This document shows positions 1 through 15,970 of a stretch of DNA of 64,000 bases, piece by piece. The position numbers and the translations under genes are program-made. Below the pieces are notes generated by a model. The model ran no database searches. It was given only the letters and a program-made list of their open reading frames with translations, and was not told where the DNA came from. Positions within the stretch are counted from its first letter, which is position 1. Every line of letters begins with the position of its first letter. Source of the DNA: the human T2T-CHM13v2.0 reference genome, Homo sapiens; NCBI RefSeq assembly GCF_009914755.1, contig NC_060925.1. One strand, written 5' to 3'.

Positions 1-153
1 AGTTTATAAAAGTAATACTTGCTCACTGAGGAAAAAAAATCTGTAAATTACAGAAAAACACAAAGGAAATATATCCTCTGATACAACCAGAAAGAAAACT
101 ACTTTTCCTATGTTGTGCGTAGCTCTCTAGTTTTTTCTTTCTTTATATCAATT

Positions 154-156
<3 letters not shown>

Positions 157-185
<29 letters not shown>

Positions 186-471
186 GGAGACAGGGTCTCA
201 CTGTGTCACCCAGGCCAGAGTGCAGTGGCATGATCACAGCTCACTGAAGCCTCGACTTCCCAGGCTTAAGTGATCCTCCTACCTCACTCAGCCTCCCGAG
301 TAGTTGGGACCACAGGCATGTGCCACCACATCTGGCTATTTTTAATATTTTTTGTATAGATGGGGTTTCGCCATGCTGCTCAGGCAGGTCTCAAACTCCT
401 GGCCTCAAGCCATCTGCTTGTGTTGGCCTCCCAAAGTGCTGGATTACAGGCATGCACCACCACCCCCGGCC
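157..471 (-). mobile_element. Alu (J-like)
   Basis: Poly-T followed by an antisense Alu dimer. Confidence 0.9.
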
Positions 472-1284
472 TAATTGAATTTTTATTTTGGAAGAACCAT
501 ATACCTTTATACATATTCTTTCTATGACTTATTTTCTGTAGTTGAAGTTCAAGGGTGTTTGACAGTGTGATGTGGTTATTGTTAACCTGTATGTGGGGGC
601 ATACAGATATGTTTTTTTACTTTTTCCCATAAGGCTAAGATCATCTCCAGAAATATTAATTTTTTAGACAGTGTGATTATAGTTATTTAATACTCATACT
701 TATCAAAATATTATATGTTAAAACCAATAACCATCTGAACTTATTTGAATATAGTTTTTCCTATTCTGTTCTTAGAAATTTCAGTCACTAACAATCTTTA
801 CACTTAGAAAGTGTTTTAATTTTACTTTGATGACAGGAATAGTGTTCTTCTCAATGAAATATAGAATAGCAGCTTATAAGTGATAACTGTTTTCATTCTG
901 TTTTTAAGAGAAAATACTTTGGTCTTTTTTACCATGATAGTTTAGTGTGTGATGTCATAAAAATGGGCTGTAGCCATTTAAATTCTTGTTCAAGTGCAGA
1001 AACTAAGAGACTGCAGTTTCTATTAAGCCATGTCAACTCCTATTAGGAGACCTTTAGTGGTTCCAGTTCCAGGGCCTTCTTGAAGAAATTGTGATACTTG
1101 TGTAAGTATATCTAGAGTTTTCTTTCCAGCATTGGCTAAGTCACATAGCTGAGAAATATGATACATGGAGAAGGTTGCTGACTGGATGAACTTTTCTACA
1201 TTGAATACTTTAAATCTGGATTCTAGAATAAAATATATTGATGCATATTTGAGTTGTCAACTGTTTATGTCTTGTTCTTTTCAG

Positions 1285-1393
1285 CTTCAACATTGCTTTA
1301 TGGCATGTGTGGTCGTTTTTCACTCCATTGTTGTTGTTTACCCAGTTTATGGGGGTTGTAATGTTTATCACACTCCTTGGATGATTTCCGAAG
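1285..1393 (+). pseudogene. TMEM128: TMEM128 last coding exon (paralogous copy; upstream exons lie outside the window)
   Basis: After acceptor ttttcag, 1286-1384 translates [32 protein letters not shown], matching the TMEM128 C-terminus as recalled. Donor gaag|GTAAG at 1394. The exon itself is intact; pseudogene status is inferred from the neighbouring disabled OTOP1 copy. Confidence 0.88.
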
Positions 1394-2953
1394 GTAAGAT
1401 ATCTGGAATGGTTTTTCTAAAAATGAACTCATTTGAAAAATGTCTTTTATGACAATTTTCAGTGGATGGAGCTGTAACAGACTATTTGTGAATTATTTTC
1501 AGTCATGTTTACACCAGAGTTGTCCACACTAGAATTATCCATTCGTTGAACTCTGAGATAGACTCCTTTTTTTTGAGACAGTGTCTCACTCTGTTGTCCA
1601 GGCTGGAGTACAGTGGCATGATCACCGCTCACTGCAGCCTTGACCACCTGGGGGCTCAAGCGATCCTCCCACCTTAGCTTCCCAAGGAGCTGGTATTACA
1701 AACATGTGCTACCACGCTTGGCTAATTTTTAAAATTTTTTTTGTAGAAACAGAGTCTCCTTATTTTGCCCAGGCTGGCAGGGGTTGGGGGCTGAGACTCT
1801 TTCTTTTGTAAAAGTTGGTTCTAAGTGACTACTTTTTAGAGAAGGTACCCTGCCTTTCAAAGACCTCATAAAGACAGGATTTGTACCTTCCAATATAGTT
1901 AAATTCACACATTAGACCATTTTATGTTGAAATTATATTAATTTGTGTCAGCTTATATTCAATGACTGTTGGCTAGATCATTCTTAAGAAATGGGAATAC
2001 AGGAAGAATGGACAATTTTACCCAACTGGGAAAAAAAATTCTACCATCTTCTAATTATTCTGACTTCCTCATAAAAATGTGTTGGATGACACAATCAGCT
2101 TTTGTTTGGTGTTATTTATAGAATTTCTGCCTCCCTACAGATCACCCCATCCTGAGATCTGCTGCCTTACACAGTGGAGGCTGTTTTCTGAGTGTCGGAT
2201 AACTCTGTTATTAAATAAGTGCATATTGAGAATACTCACTCCAGATGCTTAGAGGCATGTTGAGAAGGACAAAGATAGTGCCTCCTGTCAGGTCACTTAC
2301 ATCAGAACTTGCAGGAAACCTGCTTTATACAGCAGTTGACAGGTGTGGAAATTGAAGCTCATGGAAATGAAAGTTAATACGCTAAATTTTCAAGGAGTTA
2401 ATGAAAACTGACATTTCTGCTAAAAACAGCATGTTCTCCCTGTGGGATTTTAAAGGAAGGTCAATGGTAACTGTACAAAGAAGAAATGGACACAGTCTCA
2501 TTGTTAGCAGTCTGAAAATAGTTGCTAGCACCTCCATGCCCACGCCAATGTCTCCAGCCTCTTTCAGGCACCTTGCTGTGTCTTGGAACCACTGGGAGCC
2601 CTCACAGGAGGCCCTTCGTTCCTGTATGCATGTGGTGCCACAAGCTGCTTTGGGCCCGGAGGAATCCTACACATCTCAGAACACTTCCTCACCTGACCCT
2701 GTCACCCATCTCTCCCCTTCTCATGTGCTCAGCCCCTTCTTTGACTCTTGAATTTTGAGTTTTTACAGATGTTTGGGAGCTCTTACCCTGACATGAATTT
2801 ACAATTGTAATGGAGACTCAGACAACGTTGTAGATCACAGAGTGAACTATGCTTTTTAGTGTTAAATGCAATAGCTTAAGATAGAATGTTTTACTTGTTA
2901 CATAAATGCTGGTTTTCTTTCAGATTTAAGGATATATACTTTTTTTTTTTAAG

Positions 2954-3670
2954 AGATAGGGTCTTCTATGTTGCCCAGGCTGGCTTTGAACTCCTGGGAT
3001 CAAGTGATCCTCCTGCCTCAGCCTTCAAAGTAGTTGGGACTACAGGCCCACGCCACCGTGCATGGCTGGACACGTAAATTTGAAGTGAATGGTTAAACAT
3101 CCAGCTAGCTGAAAGCATGACAGACCCTAACAGAAAAGCTACAGTGTGTTTTTGCAGCTATGAAGTGAATGGTTTCCTGGGGAAAATTGTGACTTTGTAT
3201 AACTATTTTTGAAACCAGAATAAATTATATTTCACTTGCATATTCTTAAATTATTAAAATTTTCAGAAGTCAGTGATACAGAAATACTATTTTGCAATGT
3301 TAATCTGTTTGAGTCTTTGGAGAAAGTGGTTTCATTATAGGTACATGATGCACTCTTAATATTTTAAACAAATAGTTCACTCTTCCATTTAAGGGATAGC
3401 AGTTCCTTGTATAAAATGACTGGATATGTATAAAGGAATTACGTTGTCATGTGCCTTTAACCAGCTTTAGTAATTACTATAATCTCATATTTATGATCGT
3501 TTTGTTAGGTGACAGGACCAAATGAAAATATTTTATGTTTTCCCATCACTTTAGATTTTATCATTGTGTAAATTACTGGGTTTTTAGCATTTCCTAATGT
3601 GAAGTTTTAATCATTTTTAAGTATACATATTTTTTTCTGTACCATTTAAATAAAATATTTTTATAACTTT
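2954..3670 (+). other. TMEM128: Probable non-coding terminal exon (3' UTR) of the TMEM128 copy
   Basis: Poly-T plus AG acceptor (2940-2953) supplied by an antisense Alu monomer, then AT-rich UTR-like sequence with AATAAA at 3219-3224 and 3649-3654. Confidence 0.55.
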
Positions 3671-3977
3671 CTTGTGAGTTTTGTTCATGCAAACTTTGGA
3701 ATGACTTCTGGTTTTTAGCTATTAGCACTTTGAATTAACCATAGAAATAACAAGGGCTAACTCTGTTCTTCAAAGACTTTATAAAGACAGTATTTGCACT
3801 TTCAAATGCAAATATATCTACATTAAATCTAAACAGCATAAGCATTGTGACAGAATGTACCTCATGTTGATTGTTTTCTCTGTAAGGTGACTTCTAGTAA
3901 TGATTTGACTTAATCACCACTTGTGTCTGGTTCAGATCATACCCTGCCATTTACTAGCTGCAAGACCTTCAGTAGTA

Positions 3978-4143
3978 CAGGTTTAGTATCCCTAATTTCA
4001 AAATCTGAAACTTTTTGATTGCTGATATGGCACTCAAAGGAAATGCTCATTGGAGCATTTCGGGTTTTGGAATACAATGCAAGTATTCCAAAATCCAAAA
4101 CACTTCTGGTCCCAAGCATTTCAGAGAAGGGGTAGTCAGCCTG
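3978..4143. mobile_element. MER46-like Tigger non-autonomous element
   Basis: TA|caggtttagtatccct ... aggggtagtcagcctg|TA: terminal inverted repeats with TA target duplication. Confidence 0.7.
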
Positions 4144-4759
4144 TAATCTTTTTTCAGCTGTGAAGTGGGAACAATATCTGTCTTGTAGGGTTGTGGGTAA
4201 TAGTAATAATGTTTGTAAAACACCAATTACAGTGCCTGACACAGTAGGTGTCCACTCAATAAATGGTAATGGAGAGGGAAAGAAAGGGAAAGCAGAATCT
4301 AGGATCAGGAATATCACATCCCGTCATGATGTTTGCAAAGGGGAAAGTCAGGCATGATGAGTAGACAGAAGTAAACCCAGTTTGTTGTCATGGGTATGTG
4401 AAGGTGTGGCGAGAGTGTCATTTAAAATAGGGAGCAAGGCCAGGCAAAGGCCACAATCAGGCAGCCGAATCAGGCAGTGATGAATCAGGCAGTGATGTGA
4501 GGGTCCGGCACAACCGAGGCAGCAGCCCGGGAAGGGAGGGCATTTGGATCACACTCCCTGGAGGGAGCTTGGGTGGAGAGTGCCCCAGTGTCAGCCTTCA
4601 CACATTTTATATCTTTTTTTTTTTCTTGAAGAGTATGTTTACAACATGGATAGAAATCTAAGGCTGGCATGTGTTTAAAACAATTAGTTAAAACCCAGTT
4701 TCCCAAGAGCTAATAACTGGCCAATTAGGATGGTATGAAGATTGTCCTATTACTTAAAA

Positions 4760-5932
4760 AAAGACTTTTTGAGACAGAGTCTTTAACTTGTCATAACATG
4801 TCTGAACAGGATCTAGTTTGAGACACTAAGAAGGATAAGACATCAGTTTGAAAAGAGACCACATCAGTGCAACATTAATTCTGCTAAAATCGAAGCAAGA
4901 ACAAACATCAATTTATTATGAAGCTTGGGTGAAAAATGGTAAAATCACTAATGCTTCATGAAAAGTTTATGGGAACAATGCCCCAAAGAAATCAACAGCT
5001 TACAAATGAATAACTTGTTTTAAGAAGGTATGAGATGATGTTGAAGAGGAAGCCCTCAGTAAGAGACCCTACACACGAATCTTTGAGGAAAAAATTCATC
5101 TTGTTTATGCCCTAATCAAAGAGGACTGATGATTAATAGCAGTTAACAATAGCAGAAACAATAGACAGTGTCATAGACGTCAAATTGGTTCAGGTTACAC
5201 AATTCTGACTGAAAGCCAACTTTGCACTTGATGGGTGCCAAAACTGTTGTGCCCAGATCAGTTGCAAACAACAGCAGAGCTTTCAATGGAAATTTAAACA
5301 GTGGGATCAAGATCCTGAAGCATTTGTTCGAAAAGTTGCAACAAGTTATGAAACATGGATTTCGTAGTACTATCCTGAAGACAAAGCACAATCAAAGCAA
5401 TGGCTACCAAGAAGTGGAAGTGGGTCAGTCAAAGCAAAAGCAGACCAGTCAAGAGCACAACTCATAGCAACAGTATTTTGGGGCTCAAGGCACTTTCCTT
5501 GTTGACTTTCAGGAGGACCAAAGAATGGTAACATCTGCTTATTATGAGAGGGTTTTGAGAAAGTTACCCAAAGCTTTAGCAGAAAATTCTTGGGAAAATT
5601 TCAGTAGAGTCCTCCTCCACCATGACAATGCTTCTGGTTATTCCTGTCATCAAGGGCAATTTTGGGAGAATTTTGATGGGAAATCATTACAGTCCTGATT
5701 TGGCTCCTCCTAACTTCTTTTTGTTTCGTAATCTTAATCTGTAAAGGATACCCTTTTCAGTTAATGTGTAAAAGACTGCATTGATATGGTTAAATTCTCA
5801 GGACCTTCAGTTCCTTAAGGATGGGCTAAATGGCTGTAGCATGACTTATACAAGTGTCTTGAACTTGATGGAGCTTATGTTGAGACATAAAGTTTATATT
5901 TTCAATTCATTTTTTCCAAGTTTTGAAGTCCA
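4760..5932 (+). mobile_element. HSMAR2 mariner DNA transposon, decayed and near full length
   Basis: Decayed transposase starts (I)NSAKIEARTNI at ~4874, contains WVPK-like and YSPDLAP (tacagtcctgatttggctcct, ~5688) motifs, and ends ELDGAYVET* at ~5890. Confidence 0.88.
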
Positions 5933-6336
5933 AGGGTACATGTGGAATGGCTAGATGGAGTTCATTAATATATGCATTACTTTGCATACTTATTTTTTGT
6001 GGTGAGATTTCTTAAAATCTACTCTTCACAATTTTTAAAATGCTATAAATTGTTATTAACTATAATTACTAAGCTGTACAATAGATCTCTTGAACTTACT
6101 CTTCTTACTTAAATGAAATTTTGTACCCTTTGACCAACATCTCCCAACCCACAAATTCCACCTGCTGCCCAGCCCCTGGTAGCCACTCTTCTACTCTCTA
6201 CCTATATGACCTCAGCTTTTTTAGATCTACATATAAATGAGATCATGTGACATTTGTCTTTCTGTGCTTGGCTTATGTCACTTAACATAGTATCTTCCAG
6301 GTTCATATCCATACTGTTACAAATGTCAGGATTTCC

Positions 6337-6908
6337 TTTTTTTTCTTTTTTGAGACAGGGTCTGGCTCTGTCACCAAGGCTGGAGTGCAGTGGCACAATC
6401 TCAGCTCACTGAAACCTGGACCTCCCAGGCTCAAATGATCCTCCTACCTCAGCCTCCCAAGTAGCTGGGACTACAGGTGCACACCACTGGGTTTAGCTAA
6501 TTTTTTTTTTTTTTTTGAGAGAGAGTTTCACTCTTGTTGCCCAGGCTGGAGTGCAATGGTGTGATCTTGTCTCACCCACAACCTCTGCCTCCTGGGTTCA
6601 AGTGATTATCCTGCCTCAGCCTCCTGAGTAGTTGAGATTACAGGCATTTTTAGTAGAGAAGGGGTTTCTCCATGTTGGTCAGGCTGGTCTCAAATTCCTG
6701 ACCTCAGGTGATCCAACTGCCTCAGCCTCCCAAAGTGCTGGGATTACAGGCATGAGCCACCACACTCAGCCTTTTTATTTTTATTTTTTTGTAGAGTTGA
6801 GGTTTTGCCATGTTGCCCAGTTGGTCTTGAACTCCTGGGCACAAGCAGTCCACCCACCATGGCCTCCCAAAGTGTTGGGTTTACAAGCGTGAGCCATTGT
6901 GCCCAGCC
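6337..6908 (-). mobile_element. AluJ with an AluS nested in its middle A-rich linker (6501-6771)
   Basis: The two arms are separated by a second Alu. Confidence 0.85.
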
Positions 6909-7041
6909 ATTTCCTTCTTTTTAAGGTTGAATAATATTCTGTTGTGTATGTATACAATGTGTATACATACACACATTTTCTTTGTCCATTCATTCATCCA
7001 TTGATGGATGCACAGGTTAATTCCATATCTTGACTATCATT

Positions 7042-7490
7042 TGTGTGTTATAGATTAAATTTTTGCTCACCAGAAGATCTGTTGAAATCTTAACCCCTGG
7101 TTCCTCTGATTGTGGCCCTATTTGGAAATGGAGTCTTTGTAGATTTAATTAAGATGTAAATTACAATGAAGTCATACTGGAGTAGGTTGGGCCCTTAACC
7201 CATTATGACTGGTGTCTTTATAAGAAGAGGAAAAGAGACACAGATACAAAGGAAAGATGGTCAAGTCACAACAGAGGCAAAGATTGGAGTGATACAGCCA
7301 CAAGCCAAGGAATGCTAGGGGTTGCCAGCAACCAGCAGAAACTGGAAGAGGCTGGCGATGACCCCCCATTGGAGCCTTCAGAGGGAACTTGGCTCTTCTG
7401 ACGTCTAGATTTTGGACTTCTGGCCTCCCAAACTGTGAGAGAATAAATTTTCATTGTTTTGAAGCCACCCCGTCAGTGGCACTTTGTTAG
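7042..7490 (+). mobile_element. MLT1 (MaLR) solo LTR
   Basis: MLT1C-like motifs: ttggaaatggagtctttgtagat..., tggacttctggcctcc...aactgtgagagaataaat. Confidence 0.75.
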
Positions 7491-7502
7491 ACCCACCCAC
7501 TT

Positions 7503-7866
<364 letters not shown>

Positions 7867-8003
7867 CTACCACCAAAGGTGACTGGGGGCAAAATGTGCT
7901 AATTGCCCCTTGGGACCTTCTATTATCTCTGGTAGTTGAGAGTGCCAGTGGGCCTCTGGCCTTGTGAAATCCTGTCAACTTCACTGGAAGAAGGGAGCTC
8001 ATG

Positions 8004-8691
8004 TGATCATTAAAAAGGAAACAACAGGTGCTGGAGAGGATGTGGAGAAATAGGAATGCTTTTACACTGTTGGTGGGAGTGTAAACTAGTTCAACCATTG
8101 TCGAAAACCGTGTGGTGATTCCTCAAGGATCTAGAACTAGAAATACCATTTGACCCAGCGATCCCATTACTGGGTATATGCCCAAAGGACTATAAATCAT
8201 TCTACTATAAAGACACATACACATGTATGATTATGGCGGCACTATTCACAATAGCAAAGACTTGGAACCAACCCAAATGTCCATCAATGATAGACTGGAT
8301 TAAGAAAATATGGCACATGTACACCATGGAATACTATGCAGCCATAAAAAGGATGAGTTCATGTCGTTTGTAGGGACATGGATGAAACTGGAAACCATAA
8401 TTCTGAGCAAACTGTCGCAAGGACAGAAAACCAAACACTGCATGTTCTCACTCATAGGTGGGAATTGAACAATGAGAACACTTGGACACAGGATGGGGAA
8501 CATCACACACCGGGGCCTGTCATGGGGTGGGGGGAAGGGGGAGGGATAGCATTAAAAGAAATACCTAATGTAGATGACGAATTAATGGGTGCAGCACACC
8601 ACCATGGCACATATATACATATGTAACAAACCTGCATGTTGTGCACATGTACCCTAGAACTTAAAATATTAAAAAAAAAAAAGAAAAAAAG
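8004..8691 (+). mobile_element. 5'-truncated L1PA 3' end with poly-A and TSD
   Basis: L1 ORF2 end and 3' UTR (ggaaacaacaggtgctggagagg...gtaccctagaacttaa), A-tail, TSD gaagggagc(t/c)catg at 7990-8003 and 8692-8705. Confidence 0.9.
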
Positions 8692-8980
8692 GAAGGGAGC
8701 CCATGCCCGAGGGCACCATGCCTCCCTGTCCATCTGCGTGGTACTGAATCATCACTGGGAAGCAGCTGCCTGGTCAGGACGTTTCCAGCTTTTACACTGA
8801 TTGAGCCATGCCACACAGTTCTCAGGACACAGTGTGGGCAGGGGTAACATGCACCAAATGTGGTGAAAACAGCAGGCCTGGGCACCACCAGAGCACCATT
8901 TCTGACCCCTTGTATCTTCCCATCATGGAGCAGGGGTCAGTCGTAAGAAATTGGGGGCCCCGTGTGGCTCAGACTTTTGA

Positions 8981-9760
<780 letters not shown>

Positions 9761-10110
9761 TCAGATAGTGACTGAGTGTTATTTATCTTTGTACTCAATG
9801 GGTTAAGGTACTGCTAGCTGCTGTAACATTTCAGACTTTGGTGGCTTAGCACAATGGAAGTTTATTTCTCACTGATGTAAGGTCCAGCTTCGGGAGGAAA
9901 AGCCACCTCACTAGTCACTGGGGAGACACGCAGACAGGCTCTTCCATCTTCAGCTCAGCCTCCCAGGTTGCTCTGGCTGTTGGTAGGAAGAGGAGGGGAG
10001 AAGGTGGAGGATTCCCAGTAGGTTTGCTGGATCCTCTCTCTGGACTGCCTTTCCAGACCCCTGCTCCCTTCCACCTGGCCATCCACTCCTAAGCCTAAAG
10101 AATGTGCAGG

Positions 10111-10435
10111 AGGCTGGACGTGGTAGCTGGAGCCTGTAATCCCAGTGCTTTGGGAGGCTGAGGTAGGAGGATGGCTTGAGCCCAGGAGTTTGAGATCAAC
10201 CTGAGCAACACAGCGAGACCCCTGTCTCTACAAAAAACAATTTTAAAAAACTGAGCCAGGCGTGGTAGCACACACCTGTAGTCCCAGCTATCTGGGAGGC
10301 TGAGGTGGGAGGAGCACTTGAGCCCCAGAGTTCGAGGCTGTAGTGAGCTATTATCACACCACTTCATTCCAGCCTGGGAGACATAGGGAGGCCCTGTCCT
10401 TATTAAAAGATAAAAATAAAATAAAGAAAGAAAGA
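10111..10435 (+). mobile_element. AluJ
   Basis: Dimer with gcccaggagtttgag diagnostics. Confidence 0.85.
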
Positions 10436-11559
10436 AGACTGTGCAGGTGTTGCCTCCTCCCTGAACCTCGCAGCCTTCCTGCAGACCTGGGCTCCTCCCA
10501 GGCCCCTGGTGGTAGCCCTGCTCAAGGGTGCTGTGCTGCTTACTCTGTCCCCACCCCCAAGCTCTTAGAAGTTGAGGGCTAAGTCTCACAGGTCACGCTC
10601 CCCAGCTTCCCAGTCAAGGCTCATTAGCTGTTTGTTTATTGCTGTTTCTCTACCTGAACATCAGCTCCACCTGAACAGAGCCTTTCATAGCTGAAACCCC
10701 AGCGCCTACAACAGAGACCAGCAAATGATTCATAGGTCAACACATACATGTGTGTTGATCAAATGAATGAATGCATGAATTGGAAGAATGATGGCGGCAA
10801 GGCAAGGTCCCCCAGGTTGACTTCTTGCCGGCCCAGGACTCCCCACCCCTCCTTTACTAGTCAGGACCTGCTATTGCAATTTGCTGCGCTTAGCGCAAAA
10901 CAAAAACCTGGGCCCTCTTGTTCAAAAATTAAGAATTTCAAGACTGCAAGAGCCTTAAACCAAGAGGGAGAGGGTGTCTTCCGGGGCCCAGCCCCGGGCT
11001 GCTGCATGGTGGGATGGGGGCTCGCCCCAGGCTCGCTCCCAACTCCCCTCTCCAACCTGCAGCTGGGGGGCTGGGGTCCACCGCCTCCTGTCAGCCACGC
11101 CCGACCGGTAGAACGCTCTTCTGCAGAAACTTCCCAGACCTCCACTTAATGGCACCCGAGCAGGGCGCCCTGGCAGACGCAGTCTCCTTCCGGGAGCAGG
11201 CAGGTGCAAGGCAGGCACCGGGGCTTTGGAAGGGGCTGGTGGAGATGCTTGGGCGCCGGTTGCCCCAGGGCAGACCCTGGGGCCTCCCTCATTCCAGCTC
11301 CTCTGCGTCCAGAATGGCTGCCGCTCCTTTGGGGGAGGGTGCGGGATGGTCTCTTTTCTTAGAAAGTGGCTCAGGTCTTATTCTGCGCCTGGGCGTCTCG
11401 CAGCCGACACACAGGCACACCAGATGGACAAACAGAAAAACCCACAGAAGGCGGCCCCTCCCCCAATTCAGAGAGCCAGTGACTGGCGCTCCTCCACCCC
11501 TAACCAGACACACCCGAAAACAGACGGCCAGACACAGAGTGACCGGCACAGAGAAGACA

Positions 11560-12800
11560 ATACAGAAATACGCAGGGACAAGGACAGACCATCGGACGCT
11601 CGGACACGGACCCAGGCAGGATCACCTGGACCTCTGGGTTCCCCAACGGAGACCCTCGGGGAAGGCCCGGAGCATAGCACGCCCCTGTGGAGCCCCGTGC
11701 GCCCCACTTGGCAGCAGCCACGCCCCCCGCGCACACCCCACTTCGGGCTGGCTCTGGAAGACCCCCTCTCCCCAGCCCCGCAACCCCGGGACTCTGGGAG
11801 GCATCTCTCGTCACCCAGCGTTTCTGAGGCGCCGGGACAGGGGCTGGGTGGGTGGGCGTCGGCGCAGGAGTGAGGGCTGCAGACGGTGGGCGGGGGCCGG
11901 GCGCGCGGGCGGAGGTGCGGGAGGACGCGCTAGTGTCGGGGCAGGGCTGGCCAGTGTCCCAGGGATCAGGAGCCGGGAGCGGTCCGCGTGGGTCCCGGAG
12001 GGGACAGATGGCTGCCCCGGGCGTTGCCCAGTGAGGGGCAGTGGGCAAGGGAGCTCGTAGAATCCCGGGTCAGCGGGGTGGGGCGCTGGGTAAGTGGACA
12101 GGGTGGTACCTTGACTGAGGACGAAGGGGCAGAAGAGGGGAGGGCGGGCGTCGGGAAGTGACAGGAGACGGGGCAGGTTGTCGGGGGCGTGGGGTAGGAA
12201 TCGGAGGGGAGTTGAAAAGGGGGGTGCTGGTTGCAGAGGCGTCGGGGCAAGGACAGGAGCCAGGAGCGCAGGCGGGGCCCGACGGCAGCCACCCCCGGGA
12301 CCAGACTTGGCGCGGGTGTCTTGAAGATGCTTGAGGGCCTGGGGTCGCCCGCCTGGCCCCGGGCAGCTGCGAGCGCCTCAGTCGCGAGGTCATCGGGGCC
12401 CGCGGCCTGCCCGCCTCCCTCGCCGTCGGCCCCGAGGTGCCCGGAGTCCCCGGCCCCCCGGAGGGGCGGTGTGCGCGCCAGCGTCCCACAGAGGCTGGCC
12501 GAGATGCTGAGCAGCCAGTATGGGCTGATCGTGTTCGTGGCGGGGCTGCTGCTGCTGCTGGCCTGGGCCGTGCACGCCGCGGGCGTGAGCAAGAGCGACC
12601 TGCTGTGCTTCCTGACGGCGCTCATGCTGCTGCAGATGCTGTGGTACGTGGGCCGCAGCTCCGCGAACCGCCGCCTCTTCCGCCTCAAGGACACGCACGC
12701 CGGCGCCGGCTGGCTGCACCGGCTGGTGAGTCCAGGCACCGGGCAAGCGGGTCTCTGCCTCCTCGCCCGCTGGCTGCATCCTGAGACGGCTCTGCCCCCT
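11560..12800. promoter_or_regulatory. CpG island / promoter of the OTOP1 copy
   Basis: Very GC-rich with dense CpGs and multiple GGGCGG boxes over and upstream of exon 1. Confidence 0.85.
12327..12725 (+). pseudogene. OTOP1: OTOP1 pseudo-exon 1 (coding part)
   Basis: ATG at 12327, MLEGLGSPAWPRAAAS...KDTHAGAGWLHRL, donor GTGAGT at 12726. Length 399 nt. LLW missing after LMLLQ; extra 5 nt before the donor make it end in phase 0. Confidence 0.95.
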
Positions 12801-13476
12801 TCCTACCACTGCCGTCTTCCCTTCAGCCTTTTCTGCCTTGGTCTCTCTGTGCATCTTTCCTAGCTTTCCTATCTGCCCTTCCTTCTTTCCTCTCTCTCTC
12901 TCTCTCTGAAGCCTGGGTCGTCGCAGGAGCCTCCTCTCCGCCTCCAGACGCTTCCATCATTACAGCCACAGTTACAGAAACCTCTCCTGTCCTTCCCTGG
13001 CTTAAAGCCATACAGTGGCCCTACTGACCCCATGAGGGAGGTCACGCTCCCTCTCCTGACACTCAGAGCCTTCTAGCACCCGGCCACCGAGGGCCCGTTT
13101 CCTTTGATCCCCTTCTTTGTTCTCATCCTATGCTGGGGTCATTCTCGAGGACTTTCTCTCCTGTCACAGGATCTCTGCCTCTGCACATTCAGCACCTTTG
13201 GTTCCCTCCTCCAGGAATGTCTTTTCCACTCTCCCACCTGCCCCTCTGCTTTCCGAGACAGGCCTCAGGCCTCACCCCATTCTCCCCGCGAAGCTTCTCC
13301 GACCCCCTTCTCTTCCCCGCTTTGCAGGTCTGACCACACGCTCCCAGCCCGCACTGGGTTCCAGTGTTCTTGTCGACATGTCTGTACCCTCCACTCCACT
13401 GGGGAGCTCTGTGATCCCTGTCTCTCGGTCCTAGAGCCACCTCAGGGCCTGGCACAAGTGGGTGTTGAGAAAATGA

Positions 13477-15604
<2,128 letters not shown>

Positions 15605-15619
15605 TGGTGCATTTAGAAT

Positions 15620-15970
15620 GTGCCTCCTTCTCCTTCTCCTCTCCTTCTCCCCCTCTCCCTCCCCCTCCCTTCCCCCTTCCCACCCTCCCCTTCCCCCTCC
15701 TCCTCCTTCTTCTTCTTCTTCTTCTTCTTCTTCTTCTTCTTCTTCTTCCTCTTTCTTCTTTTTTCTACTCAGTCTATCCTTATCCAAGGAATGCTCTTCT
15801 TTATATTGAAGTGCAGTTAACTTCCCAGAACCATCATCCTCTTCCCTGGAGCTTCTATCATCATTCACTTATTTATCCACCATGCATCCATCCACCCATC
15901 CACACTTATTCATCATCCATCCATCCATCTATCCTTCCATCCATCCATCCATCTGTCCATCCATCCATCT
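15620..15970. repeat. Polypyrimidine / (TTC)n tract followed by (CCAT)n
   Basis: Seen directly. Confidence 0.9.

Noticed and set aside
8300-8733. ORFs resembling database 'hypothetical proteins'
   Set aside because: L1 3' UTR translations.
11014-12060. 348-aa ORF and the overlapping long ORFs in the CpG island
   Set aside because: GC-rich, stop-poor sequence gives R/G/P-rich ORFs in all frames; no recognisable domain.
12327-12863. Exon-1 read-through ORF (178 aa from the ATG)
   Set aside because: It simply runs past an intact GTGAGT donor into intron sequence; nothing indicates intron retention.
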